A stretch of 64,000 bases of DNA, taken from NCBI RefSeq assembly GCF_017348835.2, contig NZ_CP071375.1. The stretch is one strand, 5' to 3'. Source of the stretch: Escherichia coli. Its GTDB lineage: Bacteria > Pseudomonadota > Gammaproteobacteria > Enterobacterales > Enterobacteriaceae. Shown here piece by piece: positions 26,045 to 37,383 of this stretch; positions within the stretch are counted from its first letter, which is position 1, and every line of letters begins with the position of its first letter. The notes under the pieces are model-generated. The model was not told where the DNA came from and searched no databases. It saw only the letters and a list, made by a program, of their open reading frames with translations. Position numbers and translations under genes: made by a program.

Positions 26045-26761
26045 ATGAGACTCGAGTTTTCAATTTATCGCTATAACCCGGATGTTGATGATGCTCCGCG
26101 TATGCAGGATTACACCCTGGAAGCGGAAGAAGGTCGCGACATGATGCTGCTGGATGCGCTTATCCAGCTGAAAGAGAAAGATCCCAGCCTGTCGTTCCGC
26201 CGCTCCTGCCGTGAAGGTGTGTGCGGTTCCGACGGTCTGAACATGAACGGCAAGAATGGTCTGGCCTGTATTACCCCGATTTCGGCACTCAACCAGCCGG
26301 GCAAGAAGATTGTGATTCGCCCTCTGCCAGGTTTACCGGTGATCCGCGATTTGGTGGTAGACATGGGACAATTCTATGCGCAATATGAGAAAATTAAGCC
26401 TTACCTGTTGAATAATGAACAAAATCCGCCAGCTCGCGAGCATTTACAGATGCCAGAGCAGCGCGAAAAACTCGACGGGCTGTATGAATGTATTCTCTGC
26501 GCATGTTGTTCAACCTCTTGTCCGTCTTTCTGGTGGAATCCCGATAAGTTTATCGGCCCGGCAGGCTTGTTAGCGGCATATCGTTTCCTGATCGATAGCC
26601 GTGATACCGAGACTGACAGCCGCCTCGACGGTTTGAGCGATGCATTCAGCGTATTCCGCTGTCACAGCATCATGAACTGCGTCAGTGTATGTCCGAAGGG
26701 GCTGAACCCGACGCGCGCCATCGGTCATATCAAGTCGATGTTGTTGCAACGTAATGCGTAA
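26045..26761 (+). CDS. sdhB: Succinate dehydrogenase iron-sulfur subunit
   Basis: 238-aa ORF with three Cys clusters (CREGVCGSDG; CILCACCSTSC; CHSIMNCVSVCP). Confidence 0.98.
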   Translation: MRLEFSIYRYNPDVDDAPRMQDYTLEAEEGRDMMLLDALIQLKEKDPSLSFRRSCREGVCGSDGLNMNGKNGLACITPISALNQPGKKIVIRPLPGLPVIRDLVVDMGQFYAQYEKIKPYLLNNEQNPPAREHLQMPEQREKLDGLYECILCACCSTSCPSFWWNPDKFIGPAGLLAAYRFLIDSRDTETDSRLDGLSDAFSVFRCHSIMNCVSVCPKGLNPTRAIGHIKSMLLQRNA

Positions 26762-26763
26762 AC

Positions 26764-26884
26764 CGTAGGCCTGATAAGACGCGCAAGCGTCGCATCAGGC
26801 AACCAGTGCCGGATGCGGCGTGAACGCCTTATCCGGCCTACAAGTCATTACCCGTAGGCCTGATAAGCGCAGCGCATCAGGCGT
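26764..26884. repeat. REP/BIME cluster between sdhB and sucA
   Basis: Three REP units (GTAGGCCTGATAAGACGCGCAAGCGTCGCATCAGGC, GCCGGATGCGGCGTGAACGCCTTATCCGGCCTAC, GTAGGCCTGATAAGCGCAGCGCATCAGGC) in alternating orientation. Confidence 0.92.
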
Positions 26885-27061
26885 AACAAAGAAATGCAGG
26901 AAATCTTTAAAAACTGCCCCTGACACTAAGACAGTTTTTAAAGGTTCCTTCGCGAGCCACTACGTAGACAAGAGCTCGCAAGTGAACCCCGGCACGCACA
27001 TCACTGTGCGTGGTAGTATCCACGGCGAAGTAAGCATAAAAAAGATGCTTAAGGGATCACG

Positions 27062-29863
27062 ATGCAGAACAGCGCTTTGAAAGCCTGGTTGGACTCTTCT
27101 TACCTCTCTGGCGCAAACCAGAGCTGGATAGAACAGCTCTATGAAGACTTCTTAACCGATCCTGACTCGGTTGACGCTAACTGGCGTTCGACGTTCCAGC
27201 AGTTACCTGGTACGGGAGTCAAACCGGATCAATTCCACTCTCAAACGCGTGAATATTTCCGCCGCCTGGCGAAAGACGCTTCACGTTACTCTTCAACGAT
27301 CTCCGACCCTGACACCAATGTGAAGCAGGTTAAAGTCCTGCAGCTCATTAACGCATACCGCTTCCGTGGTCACCAGCATGCGAATCTCGATCCGCTGGGA
27401 CTGTGGCAGCAAGATAAAGTGGCCGATCTGGATCCGTCTTTCCACGATCTGACCGAAGCAGACTTCCAGGAGACCTTCAACGTCGGTTCATTTGCCAGCG
27501 GCAAAGAAACCATGAAACTCGGCGAGCTGCTGGAAGCCCTCAAGCAAACCTACTGCGGCCCGATTGGTGCCGAGTATATGCACATCACCAGCACCGAAGA
27601 AAAACGCTGGATCCAACAGCGTATCGAGTCTGGTCGCGCGACTTTCAATAGCGAAGAGAAAAAACGCTTCTTAAGCGAACTGACCGCCGCTGAAGGCCTT
27701 GAACGTTACCTCGGCGCAAAATTCCCTGGCGCAAAACGCTTCTCGCTGGAAGGCGGTGACGCGTTAATCCCGATGCTTAAAGAGATGATCCGCCACGCTG
27801 GCAACAGCGGCACCCGGGAAGTGGTTCTCGGGATGGCGCACCGTGGTCGTCTGAACGTGTTGGTGAACGTGCTGGGTAAAAAACCGCAAGACTTGTTCGA
27901 CGAGTTTGCCGGTAAACATAAAGAACACCTCGGCACGGGTGACGTGAAATACCACATGGGCTTCTCGTCTGACTTCCAGACCGATGGCGGCCTGGTGCAC
28001 CTGGCGCTGGCGTTTAACCCGTCTCACCTTGAGATTGTAAGCCCGGTAGTTATCGGCTCTGTTCGTGCCCGTCTGGACAGACTTGATGAGCCGAGCAGCA
28101 ACAAAGTGCTGCCAATCACCATCCACGGTGACGCCGCAGTGACCGGGCAGGGCGTGGTTCAGGAAACCCTGAACATGTCGAAAGCGCGTGGTTATGAAGT
28201 TGGCGGTACGGTACGTATCGTTATCAACAACCAGGTTGGTTTCACCACCTCTAATCCGCTGGATGCCCGTTCTACACCGTACTGTACTGATATCGGTAAG
28301 ATGGTTCAGGCACCGATTTTCCACGTTAACGCGGATGATCCGGAAGCCGTTGCCTTTGTGACCCGTCTGGCGCTCGATTTCCGTAACACCTTTAAACGTG
28401 ATGTCTTCATCGACCTGGTGTGCTACCGCCGTCACGGCCACAACGAAGCCGACGAGCCGAGCGCAACCCAGCCGCTGATGTATCAGAAAATCAAAAAACA
28501 TCCGACGCCGCGCAAAATCTACGCTGACAAGCTGGAGCAGGAAAAAGTGGCGACGCTGGAAGATGCCACCGAGATGGTTAACCTGTACCGCGATGCGCTG
28601 GATGCTGGCGATTGCGTGGTAGCAGAGTGGCGTCCGATGAACATGCACTCTTTCACCTGGTCGCCGTACCTCAACCACGAATGGGACGAAGAGTACCCGA
28701 ACAAAGTTGAGATGAAGCGCCTGCAGGAACTGGCTAAACGCATCAGCACGGTGCCGGAAGCAGTTGAAATGCAGTCTCGCGTTGCCAAGATTTATGGCGA
28801 TCGCCAGGCAATGGCTGCCGGTGAGAAACTGTTCGACTGGGGCGGCGCGGAAAACCTCGCTTACGCCACGCTGGTTGATGAAGGCATTCCGGTTCGCCTG
28901 TCGGGCGAAGACTCCGGTCGCGGTACCTTCTTCCACCGCCACGCGGTGATCCACAACCAGTCTAACGGTTCCACTTACACGCCGCTGCAACACATCCATA
29001 ACGGCCAGGGCGCGTTCCGTGTCTGGGACTCCGTACTGTCTGAAGAAGCAGTGCTGGCGTTTGAATACGGTTATGCCACCGCAGAACCACGCACTCTGAC
29101 TATCTGGGAAGCTCAGTTCGGTGACTTCGCCAACGGTGCGCAGGTGGTTATCGACCAGTTCATTTCCTCTGGCGAACAGAAATGGGGCCGGATGTGTGGT
29201 CTGGTGATGTTGCTGCCGCACGGTTATGAAGGGCAGGGGCCGGAGCACTCCTCCGCGCGTCTGGAACGTTATCTGCAACTTTGTGCTGAGCAAAACATGC
29301 AGGTGTGCGTACCGTCTACCCCGGCACAGGTTTACCACATGCTGCGTCGTCAGGCGCTGCGCGGGATGCGTCGTCCGCTGGTCGTGATGTCGCCGAAATC
29401 CCTGCTGCGTCATCCGCTGGCGGTTTCCAGCCTCGAAGAACTGGCGAACGGCACCTTCCTGCCAGCCATCGGTGAAATCGACGAGCTTGATCCGAAGGGC
29501 GTGAAGCGCGTAGTGATGTGTTCTGGTAAGGTTTATTACGACCTGCTGGAACAACGTCGTAAGAACAATCAACACGATGTCGCCATTGTGCGTATCGAGC
29601 AACTCTACCCGTTCCCGCATAAAGCGATGCAGGAAGTGTTGCAGCAGTTTGCTCACGTCAAGGATTTTGTCTGGTGCCAGGAAGAGCCGCTCAACCAGGG
29701 CGCATGGTACTGCAGCCAGCATCATTTCCGTGAAGTGATTCCGTTTGGGGCTTCTCTGCGTTATGCAGGCCGCCCGGCCTCCGCCTCTCCGGCGGTAGGG
29801 TATATGTCCGTTCACCAGAAACAGCAACAAGATCTGGTTAATGACGCGCTGAACGTCGAATAA
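27062..29863 (+). CDS. sucA: 2-oxoglutarate dehydrogenase E1 component
   Basis: 933-aa [41 protein letters not shown]..., matching remembered SucA over its length. Confidence 0.98.
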   Translation: MQNSALKAWLDSSYLSGANQSWIEQLYEDFLTDPDSVDANWRSTFQQLPGTGVKPDQFHSQTREYFRRLAKDASRYSSTISDPDTNVKQVKVLQLINAYRFRGHQHANLDPLGLWQQDKVADLDPSFHDLTEADFQETFNVGSFASGKETMKLGELLEALKQTYCGPIGAEYMHITSTEEKRWIQQRIESGRATFNSEEKKRFLSELTAAEGLERYLGAKFPGAKRFSLEGGDALIPMLKEMIRHAGNSGTREVVLGMAHRGRLNVLVNVLGKKPQDLFDEFAGKHKEHLGTGDVKYHMGFSSDFQTDGGLVHLALAFNPSHLEIVSPVVIGSVRARLDRLDEPSSNKVLPITIHGDAAVTGQGVVQETLNMSKARGYEVGGTVRIVINNQVGFTTSNPLDARSTPYCTDIGKMVQAPIFHVNADDPEAVAFVTRLALDFRNTFKRDVFIDLVCYRRHGHNEADEPSATQPLMYQKIKKHPTPRKIYADKLEQEKVATLEDATEMVNLYRDALDAGDCVVAEWRPMNMHSFTWSPYLNHEWDEEYPNKVEMKRLQELAKRISTVPEAVEMQSRVAKIYGDRQAMAAGEKLFDWGGAENLAYATLVDEGIPVRLSGEDSGRGTFFHRHAVIHNQSNGSTYTPLQHIHNGQGAFRVWDSVLSEEAVLAFEYGYATAEPRTLTIWEAQFGDFANGAQVVIDQFISSGEQKWGRMCGLVMLLPHGYEGQGPEHSSARLERYLQLCAEQNMQVCVPSTPAQVYHMLRRQALRGMRRPLVVMSPKSLLRHPLAVSSLEELANGTFLPAIGEIDELDPKGVKRVVMCSGKVYYDLLEQRRKNNQHDVAIVRIEQLYPFPHKAMQEVLQQFAHVKDFVWCQEEPLNQGAWYCSQHHFREVIPFGASLRYAGRPASASPAVGYMSVHQKQQQDLVNDALNVE

Positions 29864-29877
29864 ATAAAGGATACACA

Positions 29878-31095
29878 ATGAGTAGCGTAGATATTCTGGT
29901 CCCTGACCTGCCTGAATCCGTAGCCGATGCCACCGTCGCAACCTGGCATAAAAAACCCGGCGACGCAGTCGTACGTGATGAAGTGCTGGTAGAAATCGAA
30001 ACTGACAAAGTGGTACTGGAAGTACCGGCATCAGCAGACGGCATTCTGGATGCGGTTCTGGAAGATGAAGGTACAACGGTAACGTCTCGTCAGATCCTCG
30101 GTCGCCTGCGTGAAGGCAACAGCGCCGGTAAAGAAACCAGCGCCAAATCTGAAGAGAAAGCGTCCACTCCGGCGCAACGCCAGCAGGCGTCTCTGGAAGA
30201 GCAAAACAACGATGCGTTAAGCCCGGCGATCCGTCGCCTGCTGGCTGAACACAACCTCGACGCCAGCGCCATTAAAGGCACCGGTGTGGGTGGTCGTCTG
30301 ACTCGTGAAGATGTGGAAAAACATCTGGCGAAAGCCCCGGCGAAAGAGTCTGCTCCGGCAGCGGCTGCTCCGGCGGCGCAACCGGCTCTGGCTGCACGTA
30401 GCGAAAAACGTGTCCCGATGACTCGCCTGCGTAAGCGTGTGGCAGAGCGTCTGCTGGAAGCGAAAAACTCCACCGCCATGCTGACCACGTTCAACGAAGT
30501 CAACATGAAGCCGATTATGGATCTGCGTAAGCAGTACGGTGAAGCGTTTGAAAAACGCCACGGCATCCGTCTGGGCTTTATGTCCTTCTACGTGAAAGCG
30601 GTGGTTGAAGCCCTGAAACGTTACCCGGAAGTGAATGCTTCTATCGACGGCGATGATGTGGTTTACCACAACTATTTCGACGTCAGCATGGCGGTTTCTA
30701 CGCCGCGTGGCCTGGTGACGCCGGTACTGCGTGATGTCGATACCCTCGGCATGGCAGACATCGAGAAGAAAATCAAAGAGCTGGCAGTTAAAGGCCGTGA
30801 CGGCAAGCTGACGGTTGAAGATCTGACCGGTGGTAACTTCACCATCACCAACGGTGGTGTGTTCGGTTCCCTGATGTCTACGCCGATCATCAACCCGCCG
30901 CAGAGCGCAATCCTGGGTATGCACGCTATCAAAGATCGTCCGATGGCGGTGAATGGTCAGGTTGAGATCCTGCCGATGATGTACCTGGCGCTGTCCTACG
31001 ATCACCGTCTGATCGATGGTCGCGAATCCGTGGGCTTCCTGGTAACGATCAAAGAGTTGCTGGAAGATCCGACGCGTCTGCTGCTGGACGTGTAG
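29878..31095 (+). CDS. sucB: Dihydrolipoyllysine-residue succinyltransferase (E2o)
   Basis: 405-aa ORF with an N-terminal lipoyl domain ([11 protein letters not shown]), an Ala/Pro linker and the C-terminal catalytic DHRLIDG motif. Confidence 0.98.
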
Positions 31096-31116
31096 TAGTT
31101 TAAGTTTCACCTGCAC

Positions 31117-31288
31117 TGTAGACCGGATAAGACATTATCGCCTTCTCCGGCAATTGAAGCCTGATGCGACGCTTAACGCGTCTTATCAGGCCTACGGGAA
31201 GCACCGATGTAGGTCGGATAAGGCGCTCGCGCCGCATCCGACAAGCGATGCCAGATGCGACGCTTACACGTCTTATCAGGCCTACGGG
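31117..31288. repeat. REP/BIME cluster between sucB and sucC
   Basis: At least four REP-like palindromes (e.g. GCCTGATGCGACGCTTAACGCGTCTTATCAGGCCTAC, GTAGGTCGGATAAGGCGCTCGCGCCGCATCCGAC). Confidence 0.9.
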
Positions 31289-31370
31289 TGACCGACAATA
31301 CCCGGAAGCGATACGAAATATTCGGTCTACGGTTTAAAAGATAACGATTACTGAAGGATGGACAGAACAC

Positions 31371-32537
31371 ATGAACTTACATGAATATCAGGCAAAACAA
31401 CTGTTTGCCCGCTATGGCTTACCAGCACCGGTGGGTTATGCCTGTACTACTCCGCGCGAAGCAGAAGAAGCCGCTTCAAAAATCGGTGCCGGTCCGTGGG
31501 TAGTGAAATGTCAGGTTCACGCTGGTGGCCGCGGTAAAGCGGGCGGTGTGAAAGTTGTAAACAGCAAAGAAGACATCCGTGCTTTTGCAGAAAACTGGCT
31601 GGGCAAGCGTCTGGTAACGTATCAAACAGATGCCAATGGCCAACCGGTTAACCAGATTCTGGTTGAAGCGGCGACCGATATCGCTAAAGAGCTGTATCTC
31701 GGTGCCGTTGTTGACCGTAGTTCACGTCGCGTGGTCTTTATGGCCTCTACCGAAGGCGGCGTGGAAATCGAAAAAGTGGCGGAAGAAACTCCGCACCTGA
31801 TCCACAAAGTTGCGCTTGATCCGCTGACTGGCCCGATGCCGTATCAGGGACGCGAGCTGGCGTTCAAACTGGGTCTGGAAGGTAAACTGGTTCAGCAGTT
31901 CACCAAAATCTTCATGGGCCTGGCGACCATTTTCCTGGAGCGCGACCTGGCGCTGATCGAAATCAACCCGCTGGTCATCACCAAACAGGGTGATCTGATT
32001 TGCCTCGACGGCAAACTGGGCGCTGATGGCAACGCCCTGTTCCGCCAGCCTGATCTGCGCGAAATGCGTGACCAGTCGCAGGAAGATCCACGTGAAGCAC
32101 AGGCTGCACAGTGGGAACTGAACTACGTTGCGCTGGACGGTAACATCGGTTGTATGGTTAACGGCGCAGGTCTGGCGATGGGTACGATGGACATCGTTAA
32201 ACTGCACGGCGGAGAACCGGCTAACTTCCTGGACGTTGGCGGCGGCGCAACCAAAGAACGTGTAACCGAAGCGTTCAAAATCATCCTCTCTGACGACAAA
32301 GTGAAAGCCGTTCTGGTTAACATCTTCGGCGGTATCGTTCGTTGCGACCTGATCGCTGACGGTATCATCGGCGCGGTAGCGGAAGTGGGTGTTAACGTAC
32401 CGGTCGTGGTACGTCTGGAAGGTAACAACGCCGAACTCGGCGCGAAGAAACTGGCTGACAGCGGCCTGAATATTATTGCAGCAAAAGGTCTGACGGATGC
32501 AGCTCAGCAGGTTGTTGCCGCAGTGGAGGGGAAATAA
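31371..32537 (+). CDS. sucC: Succinyl-CoA synthetase beta subunit
   Basis: 388-aa [23 protein letters not shown]... (ATP-grasp). Its stop overlaps the sucD ATG. Confidence 0.98.
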
Positions 32538-33406
32538 TGTCCATTTTAATTGATAAAAACACCAAGGTTATCTGCCAGGGCTTTACCGGTAGCCAGGGGA
32601 CTTTCCACTCAGAACAGGCCATTGCATACGGCACTAAAATGGTTGGTGGCGTAACTCCAGGTAAAGGCGGCACTACCCACCTCGGCCTGCCGGTGTTCAA
32701 CACCGTGCGTGAAGCTGTTGCTGCTACTGGTGCTACCGCGTCTGTTATCTACGTACCAGCACCGTTCTGCAAAGACTCCATTCTGGAAGCCATCGACGCA
32801 GGCATCAAACTGATTATCACCATCACTGAAGGTATCCCGACGCTGGATATGCTGACCGTGAAAGTGAAACTGGACGAAGCAGGCGTTCGTATGATCGGCC
32901 CGAACTGCCCAGGCGTTATCACCCCGGGTGAATGCAAAATCGGTATCCAGCCGGGTCACATTCACAAACCGGGTAAAGTGGGTATCGTTTCCCGTTCCGG
33001 TACACTGACCTATGAAGCGGTTAAACAGACCACGGATTACGGTTTCGGTCAGTCGACCTGTGTCGGTATCGGCGGTGACCCGATCCCTGGCTCTAACTTT
33101 ATCGACATTCTCGAAATGTTCGAAAAAGATCCGCAGACCGAAGCGATCGTGATGATCGGTGAGATCGGCGGTAGCGCAGAAGAAGAAGCTGCTGCGTACA
33201 TCAAAGAGCACGTTACCAAGCCAGTTGTAGGTTACATCGCTGGTGTGACTGCGCCGAAAGGCAAACGTATGGGCCACGCGGGTGCCATCATTGCCGGTGG
33301 GAAAGGGACTGCGGATGAGAAATTCGCTGCTCTGGAAGCCGCAGGCGTGAAAACCGTTCGCAGCCTGGCGGATATCGGTGAAGCACTGAAAACTGTTCTG
33401 AAATAA
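32537..33406 (+). CDS. sucD: Succinyl-CoA synthetase alpha subunit
   Basis: 289-aa [36 protein letters not shown]... The phospho-His loop GHAGAI is present. Confidence 0.98.
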
Positions 33407-33505
33407 ATATCTGTAATAAGAAATAGCCCTCGCCGCTTCCCTCTACAGGAATGGCGAAGGGCTGTCGGTTTCGACATGGTTGGCCATCGTATGATGGCCT
33501 TTTTT
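33405..33505 (+). ncRNA. sdhX: SdhX (RybD) 3'UTR-derived sRNA of the sdh-suc transcript; 5' end approximate
   Basis: About 100 nt lie between the sucD stop and the operon terminator. Internal hairpin GCCCTCGCC...GGCGAAGGGC, then the terminator hairpin. The sRNA is assigned from established knowledge of this locus; the processing site cannot be read from DNA. Confidence 0.55.
33482..33505 (+). terminator. Rho-independent terminator of sdhCDAB-sucABCD / SdhX
   Basis: GGCCATC-gtat-GATGGCC stem-loop followed by TTTTTT. Confidence 0.9.
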
Positions 33506-34072
33506 ATGCCTTAAACGGTTAACCACGGTCGAAATCTGACTGCAGGCTTGACTGCATGACCACAGCCACTGTGGATTGTCGCAACCGACCGCAAGCCACG
33601 AATAAGAACGACGGCGAATTTCGAATCGTTACCTGATGCACTGGCTTCCCAGCGTTTGACCGTAGCGTTAAGTAAATCAACAAAAGCGATGTTCACCGCT
33701 TTTCGTCAAGTCGTGCCATTTGTCAGCCAGGATCGGGTCTTTACCCCGGATATTGCAGCATCGCAAAAATTCTTAGAGGGATATGCTATAAATCAAAAAT
33801 AAAATCTTTGTTGATTGTTTATCATAATATCCACAGATATGATAAATGATATCAATTTAATAATTTTCACTTAATGTGATTCCGGATAATTCGAAAGGCG
33901 CTGTGCTTTTCGGATTATTATTATCTGATTAAGATATTTGTCACGCCAGGCTTACTGGTTTATAAATGTCAATCATGATTCTTATAAATTATTTATTGCT
34001 GCTTTGGTTACCATTACTTCGTAATAAGTAATGTATTTTTGATTGTTTAAACTATTTTTAAGGGACGGCATT

Positions 34073-34978
34073 ATGCGAGGGAAAATACCTAAAACGGAAC
34101 TGCTGGTGACTTTTGAGGTCGTCGCACGTCATGAAAGTTATACCAGAGCGGCAGAGGAGTTAGCGTTAACCCAAAGTGCAGTATTCAGACAAGTAAGTGC
34201 GCTGGAGGAATTTTTACGTACTCCGTTATTTTCACACTCTAAAAAACGTATTTTTCTTAATGATGCAGGGAAGTATTACCTGGGGATAGTAAAAGAAACA
34301 TTAAATAAGCTGGAACGCGATACCAATACCATTATGACCTGGCAGCCTACGGTTCAGGTTATTGAACTTGCCGTTAATCCTACTTTTAGTACCCACTGGT
34401 TAATCCCAAATTTACATGAATTCACAAAGTTACATCCCGATATTATTGTTAATATTCATTCTTTAGCTAATAACGGCGATTTTCTTAATCGGGAGTACGA
34501 TGCTGTCATTATGCGCGAAAATTTTTGCGCGCCCTGGGCGGAAGTAGAATATCTCTTTGATGAGGAGATTTTGCCGGTATGCAGCGGCAGTTTGCTTGCA
34601 ATGTCCGATCAAAAACTGTCAGTGGCAGAACTGCTTACTGAGTTACCGCTTCTGCATCAAAGCACCCGTATTACTGGCTGGGAAGAGTGGTTTGCTTTAT
34701 CTGGCGTTAGCAGTCCGCTGGTCAATAACGGACCACGTTTCGATTTGCTATCAATGCTGATTGCCGCCGTGCGCTCTAATCTCGGCGTGGCGCTGTTACC
34801 ACGTTTCGCTATTCAACATGATTTGGATAGTGGCGATATGGTGATCCCCTGTGATGTGCCTATTCGTACCGGTAATCGTTTTATTATGACGTGGCAGGAA
34901 GAGAAGTCTGACTCACCGCACTTGCAGCAATTTCGTGAATGGTTGCTGGTGAAATCGGTCGTACCGCAGGAGATGTAA
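34073..34978 (+). CDS. LysR-family transcriptional regulator (accessory segment)
   Basis: Track ORF 34043..34978 trimmed to the ATG at 34073 (MRGKIPKTELLVTFEVVARHESYTRAAEELALTQSAVFRQVSALEEFL...), which has an AAGGGA Shine-Dalgarno. It has an N-terminal wHTH of LysR type plus a C-terminal substrate-binding-like domain. Not a K-12 gene at this locus. Confidence 0.85.
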   Translation: MRGKIPKTELLVTFEVVARHESYTRAAEELALTQSAVFRQVSALEEFLRTPLFSHSKKRIFLNDAGKYYLGIVKETLNKLERDTNTIMTWQPTVQVIELAVNPTFSTHWLIPNLHEFTKLHPDIIVNIHSLANNGDFLNREYDAVIMRENFCAPWAEVEYLFDEEILPVCSGSLLAMSDQKLSVAELLTELPLLHQSTRITGWEEWFALSGVSSPLVNNGPRFDLLSMLIAAVRSNLGVALLPRFAIQHDLDSGDMVIPCDVPIRTGNRFIMTWQEEKSDSPHLQQFREWLLVKSVVPQEM

Positions 34979-34981
34979 AAC

Positions 34982-35008
34982 CTGCGCCTGGCGGGATGCC
35001 AGGCGCAG
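34982..35008. terminator. Bidirectional hairpin between the convergent LysR gene and the adenosyltransferase gene
   Basis: Perfect 10-bp stem CTGCGCCTGG / CCAGGCGCAG with a 7-nt loop. It lies 4 nt after the LysR stop and 4 nt before the minus-strand stop. Flanking A/T runs are short. Confidence 0.65.
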
Positions 35009-35011
35009 TTA

Positions 35012-35614
35012 TTACCAGTCGATACCCGGCTGGGCCTGAATGCCGTTATCAAAAGCATGTTTGACGGGGCGGATTTCGCTTACCGTATCCGCCATTTTTA
35101 ATATCTGACTGTGGCAACCGCGTCCGGTGACAATGACACTTTGTTGTGCCGGGCGGTTTTGCAGAGAAGCGATCACTTCTTCGGTATCCAAATAATGGTA
35201 AGCCAGCATATAGGTCAGCTCATCAAGCACCACTAAGTCGTAACGCTTGTCAGCCAGCATCCGTTTGCTTTCCGACCAGACCTCTTTCGCCGCGTCGATA
35301 TCCGCTTGCCGGTTCTGTGTCTCCCAGGTAAAACCAGTTCCCATAATATGAAACTCAACCCCCAGCGGCTGGAGAAGGTTGTATTCGCCGTTGTCCCATT
35401 GCCCCTTGATGTACTGCGCAACCCCCACCGTTTTGCCATGACCCACCGCGCGCGTCACAGTACCAAACGCGGCAGTGGATTTCCCTTTGCCGTTGCCGGT
35501 GAAAACAATCAAGATCCCTTTTTTCTCTATCGCCGCTGCGACGCGCGTATCGACCTGTTCCTTCAATTTCTGTTGGCGCTGCACATGCCGTTCAGTTGAA
35601 ATTCGCGCTTCCAT
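35012..35614 (-). CDS. Corrinoid (cob(I)alamin/cob(I)yrinic acid a,c-diamide) adenosyltransferase, CobA/BtuR/CobO family
   Basis: 200-aa ORF with the P-loop GNGKGKSTAAFG and the family-typical ...VVLDELTY...VIVTGRG... layout. Last gene of the minus-strand cluster, 9 nt after the fumD stop. Confidence 0.88.
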   Translation of the reverse strand: MEARISTERHVQRQQKLKEQVDTRVAAAIEKKGILIVFTGNGKGKSTAAFGTVTRAVGHGKTVGVAQYIKGQWDNGEYNLLQPLGVEFHIMGTGFTWETQNRQADIDAAKEVWSESKRMLADKRYDLVVLDELTYMLAYHYLDTEEVIASLQNRPAQQSVIVTGRGCHSQILKMADTVSEIRPVKHAFDNGIQAQPGIDW

Positions 35615-35623
35615 TCATTTTCC

Positions 35624-37276
35624 TTAATGTCCCGCAGGGCAACTGGCGCAGCGATGTTGCTGCTCAAACTGACTAAAGAAATTATTGCCTTTATCATCTA
35701 CCAGGATGAATGCGGGCAGATTTTCCACTTCCATCATCCACACCGCTTCCATACCCAGCTCCGGATATTCCAGGCAACGCAGACTTTTGACATATTCTTG
35801 CGCCAGTAACGCAGCTGCACCGCCAATACTTCCCAGATTGAAGCCGCCATGTTTGTGACAGGCATCGGTGACCTGCTGGCTGCGGTTACCTTTCGATAAC
35901 ATCACCAGACTGCCGCCAGCCGCCTGGAAGGTATCGATATAACGGTCCATTCGACCGCCCGTGGTTGGACCCAGTGAACCGCAGGCCATGTTCTCCGGTG
36001 TTTTCGCCGGGCCAGCGTAATAGACAATATGATGCTTCAGGTACTCCGGCATCGATTCGCCGCTATCCAGCCGCGCTTTTATTTTGGCGTGGGCGATATC
36101 GCGCGCCACTACGATGGGACCACTTAACGACACGCGGGTGCCTACCGGTAATCTGGCGAGATCCAGCATCACGTCACGCAACGGACGGTTTAGATCCAGT
36201 TGTACATGTTGCGCGTGATTTTCTTCCCGCAATGAGGCTGGAATATATTGCCCCGGATTGTGTTCGAGTTTTTCCAGCCAGATACCGTGTTTGTTAATTT
36301 TTGCTTTGATATTGCGATCGGCAGAACAGGAGAGCGCCATAGCTATCGGGCAAGAGCCACCGTGACGCGGCAGACGAATGACGCGAATATCATGAGCGAA
36401 ATATTTCCCCCCAAATTGTGCACCAATACCAAATTGCTGACTGGCCTCGAGCAACACTTTTTCCAGCTCAATATCACGGAATGCTTGTCCCTGCTCGTTT
36501 CCGCTGGTGGGCAAATTGTCGTAATATTTCGTTGAGGCCAGCTTGGCAACTTTTAAGGTTTGATCGGCTGAAAGCCCTCCGACGGCAAAGGCGATGTGGT
36601 AAGGCGGGCAGGCAGCGGTGCCCAGCGATTTCATTTTTTCGATTAAAAATGCGGTCAGTTTTTCTGGTTGCAATAAGGATTTGGTTTCCTGATAAAGCGC
36701 GGCTTTATTGGCAGAGCCGCCTCCTTTATTAACACAGAGGAAATGGTACTCATCACCAGCGACAGCGCTGATATCAATCTGCGCCGGGAGATTGGTTTGC
36801 GTATTGACTTCGGTATACATATCCAGCGGCGCATTTTGTGAAAAGCGCAGATTATTTTCCTGGAAAGTACTGTAAATGCCTTTACTTAAGGCTTCGGCGT
36901 CGTTACTTCCGGTCCATATCTGTTGCCCTTTACTGGCAACAATAGTTGCGGTGCCGGTATCCTGACAGTTGGGTAATACCCCTTTTGCTGAGACTTCAGC
37001 ATTACGTAATAACTGCAACGCAACGTATTTATCATTACTACTGGCCTGCTGATCGTTAAGAATGCTGGCGACCTGTTGCAAATGAGTGGAACGTAAGAAA
37101 AAAGAGGCTTCATAAAATGCCTGCCGGGCAAGCAGCGTTAATGCTTCAGGAGTGATTTTTATCACTTCTTCGCCGTCTAATTCCGTTACTGTAATATGTT
37201 GATCGCTAATTAATGTATATTCTGTACCGTCTTTATTTTGTAGAAACGGTTCTTGCCAGATAAATGGTTTGGACAT
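35624..37276 (-). CDS. fumD: Class I (Fe-S) fumarate hydratase homolog; mesaconase/fumarase FumD
   Basis: 550-aa ORF collinear with remembered FumA (MSKPF..., [60 protein letters not shown]). Its position beside glutamate mutase and methylaspartase matches the described FumD. Confidence 0.9.
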   Translation of the reverse strand: MSKPFIWQEPFLQNKDGTEYTLISDQHITVTELDGEEVIKITPEALTLLARQAFYEASFFLRSTHLQQVASILNDQQASSNDKYVALQLLRNAEVSAKGVLPNCQDTGTATIVASKGQQIWTGSNDAEALSKGIYSTFQENNLRFSQNAPLDMYTEVNTQTNLPAQIDISAVAGDEYHFLCVNKGGGSANKAALYQETKSLLQPEKLTAFLIEKMKSLGTAACPPYHIAFAVGGLSADQTLKVAKLASTKYYDNLPTSGNEQGQAFRDIELEKVLLEASQQFGIGAQFGGKYFAHDIRVIRLPRHGGSCPIAMALSCSADRNIKAKINKHGIWLEKLEHNPGQYIPASLREENHAQHVQLDLNRPLRDVMLDLARLPVGTRVSLSGPIVVARDIAHAKIKARLDSGESMPEYLKHHIVYYAGPAKTPENMACGSLGPTTGGRMDRYIDTFQAAGGSLVMLSKGNRSQQVTDACHKHGGFNLGSIGGAAALLAQEYVKSLRCLEYPELGMEAVWMMEVENLPAFILVDDKGNNFFSQFEQQHRCASCPAGH

Positions 37277-37383
37277 ATTTCACTTTTCACCTTAAACGTT
37301 AGTGTTACTTAATTGCCGTCTAACTTCATGATCCGGCTTATAAAAATGCGTAGTCATTGGCTTCAGATTGCTTAAGAGCCCCC

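Noticed and set aside
27764-30076. 770-aa minus-strand ORF (and the 299-aa one at 30217..31116)
   Set aside because: Both are antisense shadow ORFs of sucA and sucB. They contain no recognisable domains, and the sense-strand genes explain the whole region.
33511-33696. 61-aa minus-strand ORF right after the sucD terminator
   Set aside because: It has no Shine-Dalgarno, no recognisable family and broken neighbouring frames. It is treated as a possible gene remnant (see findings), not as a CDS.
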